Below are positions 23,165 through 33,245 of a stretch of DNA of 64,000 bases, piece after piece. Source of the stretch: Mobula hypostoma (taxonomy: Eukaryota); assembly GCF_963921235.1 (NCBI RefSeq), contig NC_086115.1, positions 39,308,001 to 39,372,000 of the forward strand. Reading direction: 5' to 3'. Both the position numbers and the translations under genes were made by a program. Below the pieces are notes generated by a model, which was given only the letters and a program-made list of their open reading frames with translations, did no database searches and was not told where the DNA came from. The stretch's first letter is position 1, and every line of letters starts with the position of its first letter.

Positions 23165-23530
23165 ATATTTTTGCGTCCTTTTGTTAAGATTGCTAGTTCT
23201 GAAACTTAAAAGAAAAGGTGTCTGACTCAGGATTGTAGAACTGTACAATATGAAAAATGTTTTGAGTAATAATAAAAGTACTGTGTTGTTTTTCAGATGC
23301 AATGGAGCTTTGCACTCCTCAAAGGGATAATCAATACTTTTCTACTGCTAGATTAGGGATTCAGTGAGCCTCTTCTTTACAGTACTTGTTTAGAAAATGA
23401 TGGGAGGTGACTTTACTGACATCACTGATGGGTGTAAGGGCATACAAAGTGTAGAGAGAGAGGGTGCAGGTGTCAGAGGTTTGTTGTACAGCATAGAGTG
23501 CAACATTTGCATCACAGTAATTAGGACAAA
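23165..23530 (+). promoter_or_regulatory. Probable DNTT proximal promoter/5'UTR
   Basis: The only non-TE sequence between the LTR and the ATG. E-box CAGGTG 23467-23472, octamer ATTTGCAT 23505-23512, no obvious TATA. TSS unknown. Confidence 0.45.
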
Positions 23531-23742
23531 ATGAGCTCAGCTGAAAAGCTGGGAGGTATGGGAATCATGCCGAAGAGAAAAAAGCAGAAGGGTGGTGAAC
23601 ACTGCAGTTTACACAGTAAATATGAAGTGAAATTTCAAGATCTGCTCATATTTATTGTGGAAAGGAAAATGGGATCAAGCAGAAGAATGTTCTTGATGGA
23701 TTTAGCACGTAAGAAAGGATTCAGAGTTGCTGATATCATGAG
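23531..23742 (+). CDS. DNTT: Terminal deoxynucleotidyl transferase, coding exon 1 (NLS plus BRCT start)
   Basis: MSSAEKLGGMGIMPKRKKQK...EVKFQDLLIFIVERKMGSSRRMFLMDLARKKGFRVADIM resembles human TdT DIKFQDLVVFILEKKMGTTRRAFLMELARRKGFRVENEL, and is closer to it than to Pol mu. 212 nt, phase-2 donor AG|GTACGC at 23742/23743. Confidence 0.95.
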
Positions 23743-24079
23743 GTACGCCATTTCCAGGTTCATCTGGTGAACAAACACACCTGCCAATTTCGTCTCCTGC
23801 TCATTTTCAGTTATCTGGGAGGAGACACTCACACAAGAGAAAAATATATCAGTCAGTTGAATTTCAAAATCTTGCAACTTTTAATCTTCAAGTATTAATC
23901 TAAACAAATGCACATATCGAGGTAGCGCATAATTTCTGTTTATTTGCAAACTATGTGATATATTTTAAAAATTGTGATTTTGGGGAATGGTCCATTGCGC
24001 GTGTTATAGGAAGAAAATTATCCCTGGATAACAGCAATTTATGTCATTTTTTCAAGATCTGGAATAGACAGGTATATTA

Positions 24080-24310
24080 TGGGTGGTGCAGTGGTGCTCA
24101 AGGTTGTTCTACTGCCTAACAGCTGCAGTGAGCCAGAGTTAATCCTGATCTGTGGTGCTGTTTTTGTGGAGTTTGCATGATTTCCCTGTGATCACATGGA
24201 TTTGCATGTGCTTCAATTCTGAAGAAAGGTCTCAGCCTGAAACATCGACTGTTCATTCGTTTCCATAATGCTGCCTGACCTGCTGAGTTCCCTGAGCATT
24301 TTGTATGTGG
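24080..24310 (+). mobile_element. Decayed V-SINE head joined to a Penelope-like terminal repeat
   Basis: 'gggtggtgcagtggtg...gtggagtttgcatg' followed by 'ctgaagaaaggtctcagcctgaaacatcgactg...gctgcctgacctgctgagttcc'. Confidence 0.6.
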
Positions 24311-25539
24311 TTGCTAAGGGTTTGCTAGATTGTTCTGCGTCCCAGCAATATACTAAAAAGACCGAATGGCCTTTTTTATGTTCCAAGGGCATTTAAATAA
24401 ATTAATTGTCATATTTATGTTGATATCAATTCTTAATGACCAAAGAACACTTTTATCGCAAGTAGAAACTTATCTTGTGTTTTTACAAATATATTTAAAT
24501 CTGATGAAGGGTGTTCAACTTGGCTGTTTTTCTCTTTTCACAAATGTTGTCTGGCCATCTGACATTTCTTACATTTTCTGCTTTTAATTTATCATTCATG
24601 TCTTGTCCTTACGGTTTATGAAGCCATGAATTAGGCTAGTATCTATTTTTCAAAGATGTGCTGAGGACTGTAAATTGAAATTGAACTAGAACTTTTGCTG
24701 AAGATTTATTTAGAAAGAATTACTATAAAATGAGTGAATGCTTCTACAAAAGATACCAGTTTTATTTGATTTACTAGCTTTTGTATAAAGTAATTAAAAG
24801 CATAATCGTTGCCACACCCCACCGGCATAACCAGTAGATCAGTTAATGTGATGATAAGTTAGCTGGCATGCTTCCATTGCAGGATAGACACACGTGCAGT
24901 TATCCAACATCTCTTTGTGTTTACTTCTGTGCAGTTTAGAATTGTGCCACAATTCTATGCTTTGTGCCAAATATAACCACAAACATGAGTGTAACAAAGA
25001 AATGATGGGAACTAGCCAGATGTCAAAATCCCCAGTGGTATACCTAGGGTGTGTGTGACAGGAAGATAGGGGCTTAATTATTGTAAATTATTTTTTCTCC
25101 AAATAAAACCACAGGAAGACAAACTATGATATTTCAAACTGTAATTTTACACATGAAGTATTATTTCAAACCGAAATAATTATTTTTTGGCTGCAAATTT
25201 TACCATCTGTTAATCGAGGTAATCTAGACTTAAAATCAAAATCGTTTAAGTATTCATGTACAAGAATGTGAATATTAAATTATGTGGGAATAAGAAAGGG
25301 TGTAAATATTGTAATTTTTCAATTCATTAAAATCACACAATTTATTTGAAGTTGTAAAAGTATTATTGATGGAGAAGACTGTGTCTGCTTTGGTGAGAGC
25401 TAAGTTTACCAGTCTACCTAAATAACAGGATTCACAGAATTAGGGTGATAAATTTGCCCAGTTTGGCCAATGTGCAAAAATAGAGGGTAAGAATCTTGTA
25501 TAGCAAAGTTTTGTACATACAGTATTTGATATCGATGGA

Positions 25540-27215
25540 TTTTGGGTGCTGGAGGAAGACCATGCTCAGGACCAGCAGAGACAGCAGCAGCTTGGCATGC
25601 ACCAGCAGCTGTGGGAGGGATATCAGGCTCAGTACAAGCAGCCAGTGGAGGAATACCAAACCCAGGACCAGCTGCCACTGGAGAAATACCAGGGCCAGTA
25701 CCAGCAGCCAATCAGAGGTCAGGAGCGAGAGAAGAGGTGACTCACACAGGTTGGGTCCGTGTGCATTAAAAAAGCAGTGCTTGACAGGAGTCTCAACATT
25801 TGAATAGCAGCCAGTCAGAAGTTGGGAGTAAGAGAAGAGGTGGCTCGTACAGGTTGGCGAGTGTGCATTGAAGAAGCAGCGCTTTGCGGGAGTTTTGGTG
25901 TTTGAACAACGGTCAATCAGAGATCGGGACTCATTAGCAAAGGCAAATCTGGATTAGGAGGGTGAACGAGGTTAAACAGTCAGGTCTGAGTTCCCCATGG
26001 CCATTCCCTTAAACAACAGGTATGGTGTTATTTTTGTAACTTCATCGAGGAGAGGCTTGAGTGAGAAAAGATGGAAAGCTGTAGATAGAATTGCTTTTCA
26101 GTTTATTTATTATTACCTTCTTTACAATTGCACAGTTACAGCAGTAGGGATGCCAGGCAGGATAATTGAATGATCCTTTTGTGAGATGCAGGAAGACACA
26201 GCAACCTCCAGTGTCCTTGACGACTTCACTTGCAAGAAGTGCATCCAGCTGCAGCTTCTAACACAGTAGTTGGAGCTGGAATTGGACGAACGGATCATTC
26301 AGGAGGCTGAAGGGGAGATAGATAGGACATGTAGAAGGGAAGTTACACCCAAGGTGCAGGACACAAGAAACTGGGTGACAGGAGGGTGAATGGGGCTAAA
26401 CAGCCAGTGCTGAGTACCCCTGTGGTTTTGTAACTTCAAGACATTAAACTAATTCAAAGGAAGACACACTGGATACTGTTGGTTGGGGGTGGGGGGGGGG
26501 GGGAGATATCCTAGCAGAGGAACGTAGGAAGATCACAGCTTAGTCAGATCTAACTCTGACCCTGTGGACACTGAAGGAAAGCGAGGAGAAAGGGTGAGCT
26601 GTGGTGACAGGGGATTCATTAGTTAGGGAACAGAAAGGAGGTTCTGTGGATGACAGCAAGATTCACAAATGGTACGTAGCCTCCCAGGTGCCAGGGCCCA
26701 GGACATTGGATCGAGTCTTCAGCATTCTTAAGTGGGAGGGAGAGCAGCCAGAGGTGGTGCTGTAGGTTGGTATCAATGATACAGAGAGGAAGAGTGACGT
26801 GGTTCTGTAAAGTGAGTTCAAGGAGTTAGGTGCTGAGTTAAAGGACAGGACCTCCAGGATTGCGATCTCAATATTGCTACCTGTGCCATGTGCTTGTGAG
26901 GTCAGAATTGGGAAGATCATACAGTTTAACATGCAGCTAAGGAGTTGATATAGGAGGGATGGCTTTAGATTTTTGGATCATTGGGCTCTCTTCCAATGGG
27001 GACCTCTACTGAAGAGAGATTTTGCACCTGAAATGGAGGGAGACTAATATCTTAGCAGATTGTTTGCTAGTGCTGCATGGGGGATTTAAACTAGAGTCAC
27101 AGGGGGATGGGAACCAGTGCTAGAACAGTTAGTGAAGCGGTTGTGGAGAAAGATGTTGTTAAGACCCGAGACAAAGTCAGGAATCAAAAGGTTGAGCATG
27201 GTGGGACTAATGTTG
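25540..27215 (+). mobile_element. CR1-type LINE 5' part (tandem-repeat 5'UTR, ORF1 zinc-finger/coiled-coil and SGNH esterase), 3' truncated
   Basis: MPGRIIE..FCEM / FTCKKCIQLQLL / EAEG.IDRT..EVTPKVQD at 26150-26370. Esterase GDSLVRG (~26610), VGINDT, FRFLDHWALF (~26960). Homologous to 29260-30415 on the opposite strand. Confidence 0.85.
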
Positions 27216-27221
27216 CAGTTA

Positions 27222-30200
27222 GACCATAGGACCATAAGATACAAGAGCAGAATTAGGCCATTTGGCCCATTGACTCTGCTCTGCCATTTCATCACGGCTG
27301 ATCCATTTACCCCCTCAGCGCAAATCTCTTGCCTTCTCCCTGATCCCTTCATGGCCAGACCAATGAAGAACCCATCAACCTCTGCCTTAAGTGTACATAA
27401 AGGATTGTCCTCCACAGCCACCCTTGGAGACAAATTCCACAAATCACCACTCTCTGGTTAAAGAAATCCCCCCTCATCTCCATCTAAAAAAGTACACCCC
27501 TCTATTGTGAGTCTGTGTCCTCTTGTCCTAGACTCTCCCACCATGGGAAACATCCTCTCCACATCCATTCTAACAAGGCCTTTCAACATTTGATAGATTT
27601 CAATTAGGTTAGACCTCATTCTTCTGAATTCCAGTGAATACAGGCCCAGAGTCATCAAATGCTCTTCATATGACAAGCTGTTCAATCCTGGAATCATTTT
27701 CATGAACCTCCTTCAAAACCTCTCCAGTGTCAGCACATCCTTTCTTTAATAAGGGGCCCAAAACTGCTCACAATACACCAAGTGAGTCCTCACCAGTCCT
27801 TTATAAAACCTCAACATTATACCCTTGCTTTTATATTCTATGTCTCTTGAATGCTAACATCACATTTGCCTTCCTCACCACTGACTCAACCTGCACACTG
27901 GCCAGATGCTTTCTGGTACCATCAAAATTGGCCTTTCTCCAATTTAGGATCTCAACCTAAAGACCAGACCTATCCTTTAACATATTTACTTTGAAACTGA
28001 TGAAATTATGATCACAAGATGCAAAGCATTCCCTACATAAACATCTGCCACATGTCCTGTCTCATTCCCCAAGAGCAGATCAAATTTTGCACACTTTCTC
28101 ATTGAGACTTCTATGTATTGATTAAGGAAACTTTCCTGAACACAATTTGAAAACCTCTATGCCGTCTCATCTTTTTACAGTATGGGAATCCCAGTCAATA
28201 CATGGAAAATTAAAATCTCTTGTTATAACAACCTTATGTTTTTTACAACAGTCTGCAACCTCTGTCCAGGTTTGATCCTCTTAATCCTGTGGTGTCAGGG
28301 CACTGAAGCAGGGACCTAATCACAGACCGAGTACCATGCGTACCGTGATATTTACTGAGTAGCAAATCCAGAGGGGCAACAAAGTCAGTGTCAAAGTTCA
28401 GGCATATATCAAAAATTCCAGAGAAATCCAAAAACCAGACTCAGGCAGAGTCAATATGCAGACAGATAGAGTTCAGATACAAATACTGGAAAAGCTCAGG
28501 AGAGCTCACTGGCATAGGCTAGGAACAGACAGGTGAAAACACAGGACTGAAATACACTGAGCAATAAACAGAGAGGTAGATGATAGGTGGAGCACAATGA
28601 GACACAGGTGGCAGCAAAACAGGTAATAATGAGAAACAGGTGAGAGGCGGAGTACTCAGTAATACAGGGGCTGGAGTAGAGCAGGAGTGGGGACAGGAGC
28701 ACATGGGACATGAAAAAAAACAGGAGCACATGGCAATACAAAACCACAGATTGACGGCTTGGGGGAAAACACATAAAAAAACAAAGTTCAACTGGAGAAC
28801 CTGACATGTGGACTGTTAGGTGGTTTATAATATAGACCCATTAACGTGGTCAGACCTTTCTTATTCCTCATTTACACCCATAAAGCCTCACTAGATGAGT
28901 TCTTCAGTCTGTCCTTGGGCACTGCCATGACATTTTCCCTAAATGGTAATGTTACCTCACCCCTACCTTTAATCCCTCCCACTCTGTCTCACCTAAAACA
29001 ATAGAACCCTGGAATACTGAGCTGCCAGTCCTGTCCCTCCTGCAACCAAGTCTCACTAATTGCTACAATATCATTAATCCAGGTGCTGATCCATACCCTG
29101 ACCTCAGCTGCCTTTCCTGCAATACTTCTTGCATTGAAATATGCACAGCTCAGAACATTAGTTGCACCATACTCAACCTTTTCATTCCTGACTTGGTCTG
29201 AGGTCTAAACAACATCTGTCTCCATTGTCTGTTCTGTCACTCTGATTCCCATCCTCTTGCAACTCTAAACCACCCCGTGCAGCACTAGCAAACCTTCCTG
29301 CTGTGATATTAGTTTCCTTCCAGTTCAGGTGCAGACCGTCTCATTTGTACAGGTCCCACCTTCCCTGGAAGAGAGCCCAGTGATCCAAAATCCTAATGTG
29401 GTCTCTCTTACACCAACTCCTTAGCCATGCGTTAAACTGTATGACCTTCCTATATCTGGCCTCACTTGCACGTGGCATGGGAGCAATCCTGAGCTCACAA
29501 CCCTGTCCTTTAACTTAGCACTTTGCTCCTGGAACTCACTTTGCAGAAACTTCTCAATCTTCCTACCTCTGTCATTGGTACCTACATGGACCACAACATC
29601 TCACTGCTCATCCTCGCACTTAAGAATGCTGAGGACTCGATCCAAGATGTTCCAGACCCTGGCACCTGGGAGGCAACATACCACCCAAGAATCTCATTCT
29701 TGTCCACAGAACTTCTTTTCTGTTTCTGTAATTAATGAATTCCCTATTGCCACAGGTCACCTCTTCTCCTCCATTCCATCCTGAGTCACAGAGTCAGACT
29801 CAGTGCTAGAGGCCTGACCACTGTGACTTTCCTCTGCTGGGTTTCCATCCCCAAAGGTATCCAAACCTGTTGTTGAGGGGGATGGCCACAGGGGTATGAT
29901 GCATTGGCTGTTCCCCTCATTTCCCTTTGCTGACAGGCACCCTGTCTTCTGTGTCCTGTACCTTGGGTGTAATTACCTCCCTATATGTCCTATCTATTAC
30001 CCCCTCAGCCTCCCAAATGACCTGGAGTTCTTCCAGTTCTAGCTCTATTTCTTTAAAGTGGAGTGTTAGAAGCTGCAACTGGATGCACTTCTTGCAGTTG
30101 AAGTTGTCCTGCCTTCCTACATCCCGCAAGAGGAACATTCAATTATCTTGCCGGCCATCCCTGCTGCTCTAACGGTGCAAATATAAAGAAGGAAAAGAAT

Positions 30201-30415
30201 CAACCTAGAGCTTTTTTGCCCTCTCTCACTCAAGCCTTTCCTTGCTGAAGCCTCAAATAACCACTCTGACCCTGTCCACTCTAACAATGGCTGCTCCATT
30301 TGCCCTTGCCTTATTTTTTTTTCTCTTGTCAATTTCTTAGATTGCTGATTGGCCATGGTTCAAAACACCAAACTGCCATGAATCAATGCCTTCTGTACTC
30401 AATCGGCAAACCTGA
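27222..30415 (-). mobile_element. CR1-type LINE with both ends but RT core deleted, interrupted by a solo LTR
   Basis: 5'UTR unit (~30340-30415), ORF1 (ORF 29917-30138 FNCKKCIQLQLLTLHFKEIELELEEL), esterase, and endonuclease region to ~27900. Abrupt join to the C-terminus (ORF 27458-27703) and a reverse (CTTATGGT) tail at 27222. Confidence 0.8.
28293..28806 (-). mobile_element. Solo LTR (514 bp)
   Basis: Ends TGTCAGG...CCTGACA. Perfect 5-bp TSD TGTGG (28288-28292, 28807-28811). Confidence 0.92.
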
Positions 30416-30914
30416 GGGAGGTTCACTTTCTCAGAATTCTGATTGCTGACTTGGCCGAAGTTCTTTTTACTCCTTTCATGCCCAGCCCAAATTCCGTGCA
30501 TGCCAAAAGCTAATGGGCACCACTGCACATCACTGGGGCGTGAAACAGTCAAGACTGGAATCTGGTGCAATACACAGGGAGCTGGAGGAACTCAGAAGAT
30601 CATGCAGCATTCATGGAGGAAAATGGACATTCAACATTTTGGGTTGAGACCGTTCATTTGAATTCAGACTATGGGTTTGGAACTGAAAAGTCGAATGGTC
30701 TATCTCCTTCCATAAATGCTGGTGAGTTCTTCAAGAATCTTGAGTGTCCTTCCAGATTCCACGACCTTCAGTGTCCTGGGCCTCCAAGGCCGGAATCACA
30801 GCAACCCAAGCTCACATGTAGAGCGTACAATTTTTGATGAAACCACACATGCAGCAATCATTTTTGTATTTGATGATGAACATCCGTTGCATGTGCAGTA
30901 ACCTAATAGTTAAC

Positions 30915-31160
30915 ACAATACTTTACAGGACCAGTGACCCCAGGTTCAACTCCTGCTGCTGTCTGTAAGGAGTTTGTATGTTCTCCCCATAACCGCATGG
31001 CTTTCCTCCGGGTGTTCCAGTTTCTTCCCACGGTCCAAAGACATACGGGTTGGTAGGATAATTGATCATTGCAAATTGTCCCGTGATTAGGCTAGGGTTT
31101 CTGGGTGGCACTGCTTAAAGGACCAGAAGGGCCTATTCAGCACTATTTCCTAAAAATAAA
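30915..31160 (+). mobile_element. V-SINE-like SINE
   Basis: B box GGTTCAACTCC, V-domain 'taaggagtttgtatgttctcccc', 3' 'aaaaataaaa'. Confidence 0.75.
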
Positions 31161-32482
31161 ACTGTCGTTTCTTGGCTATTTGCACCATAGCACTCATGAT
31201 CAAAATGGACTCCACTGATTGCCCAGTGCAAACATGTATAGCGAGGGGTTTTTTTGAGAGAGAGAATCTTCCTGCATTTTGAAAGGCAAGGACTAATTAG
31301 GGAGGGTCAGCTCAGGAACTCAACAAATTGTCTTACTTAGTCCACTGAGGTGTGAATATAGGAGCTGGTGTGTGGTCTAAACCAGCTCTGTGTCAGTTAA
31401 TGATACCCTCTGTGGAATCGTCATTGTTCTGTGCAATCTGAGTCAATCCTGTGGTATGTCTGAAGGCACTACAGGAGATCTAAGAATAAATCAATGCTGA
31501 CAAGGTAAGAATATTTGAACTTATTATTATGTGCTTGATTATATTTCACTCAGCATTGACTTCAAGTCAACATGAATAAGTATTCTATAGTATGTGGCAG
31601 AATGCAATTTTAGTTCTGTCTCCAGGTAGCATAAAGCTTTCCTCTCTTAATCAGGCTAAGAATAGGTGGAAACTTGGTCCTCTGGTTGCACACAGTCTTT
31701 CAATCAGAGACATTCTTAGAAATGGCACATAGAACAGAAGCCACGACGATGTTTTTTAAAATTCATTATTGCTAATAACAACCACAATATCTGAAGTCAC
31801 ATTGAGGTGATCTTCAATGTGGTCATCAAGAGGCGGTATCTGCTGAAGGAGGATAGCTGGTCAAGCAACATTTGTTAGGGAGGTGGTGGTGGGAAGAGGT
31901 ATTGTTGATGTTTTGTGACTTGAACCTGTACCAGACTGAGTGTTTTATTTTCCTGTCGATCTAGTAAGGTGTGGAGGTTACCTCATGAAATACAGCAGTT
32001 GACAATCCTTGGATAAAATGCCTTTTTAAATATAGACAGTGCATTAAGTGTGTTTTTCTCTGCCTTCCCTCATTCTCTTTGCTCCAACTTCTCTAGCCGA
32101 ATCGTCTTCTATCAATGAGGGTAACCTGAACAATTACATCCATGAAATTATTTATGTATAACTTGTCCTCACACTACATGCTTTTGTACGCATGAGATAT
32201 GGTGGTCTGTAGCTGCTTTGACAGTAGAACTCCTCCATGTTCAGAAACACTGTGTGCCAGTTCTCAGTACAATGGAAATCCCGTTTACTGATACATGAGC
32301 CTTGAGATCTTCAGGTGGCTGGGACCTGAAAGCCAACGTCTGAATCGTCTGATAGCATATGCTGTTGCCCTTCAGTGTGCTGAAACAAATGGCATCCCAT
32401 CATCTTAACCTATCATGTTACCATATCAGGACATTGTTCTCTAGATTGGACTCTAAAATGTCCATTGGCCTATCCATGAGAT

Positions 32483-33245
32483 CAGGGGTCCCCAACCTTT
32501 TTTGCACCATGGACCGGTTTAACATTGACAATATTCTCACGGACCGGCCGACCCGGTGGGGGGGGGGGGGGGTGGCGGTGTTCAAGTGGGGTTAAACTCA
32601 CCTCAACATGTCTTTTACAGTTAGGGTTGCCAACTTTCTCACTCCCAAATAAGGGACAAAAGTAGCAGTCAAATCCCGGGACACTTCACCCCAGGAAAGA
32701 CTACCATGACCATGAAGCCTTGCGCGGGCACCTGTGTGCGCATGTGTGATGTGCGCATGCGTGTACGTGCCGATTTTTTTCCACAAATCGGTTTTGGCTT
32801 AATCTTCCCAACTACATTGTACGTACGTTATTTCTACTTTATATTGGCTGTGTATTTATCCTATCATTCCTGCTTTTACTATATGTTAGTGGTATTTTAG
32901 GTTTTATGTGTGATTTGGTATGACTTGGTAGGTTAATTTTTGGGTCTGGGGACGCTCAAAAATTTTCCCGTATAAATTAATGGTAAATGCTTCTTCACTT
33001 TACACCATTTCGGCACGAAAGGTTTCATAGAAAAGCTCTACCTTAGCGGGGGAAATATGGGACAAGGGTGGTCCTGTATGGGACAAACCAATTTAGCTGG
33101 GATGTCCCGGCAAATACGGGACAGTTGGCAACCCTGTGTTCAAGTTCAACAGTGCGTGACAGGGAATGAGGAAAGGTGCAGCTGACTCAATATTGTTTCC
33201 TCGCGGCCCAGTACCGGTCCGTGGCCCGGTGGTTGGGGACCACTG
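32483..33245. mobile_element. Non-autonomous hAT (Charlie-type TIR) element
   Basis: TIRs CAGGGGTCCCCAACC / GGTTGGGGACCACTG. 8-bp TSD CATGAGAT/CCTGAGAT (1 mismatch). Confidence 0.9.
32587..33136. mobile_element. Second hAT-type element nested in the first
   Basis: Flanked by perfect 8-bp direct repeat TGTTCAAG (32579-32586, 33137-33144). Contains TAGGGTTGCCAAC (~32621) and GTTGGCAACCCTG (end) inverted termini. Confidence 0.7.

Noticed and set aside
25546-25740. Gln-rich repetitive ORF (and Ala/Pro/Gly-rich ORFs in other frames)
   Set aside because: By-product of tandem repeats in a LINE 5'UTR; several frames on both strands are open.
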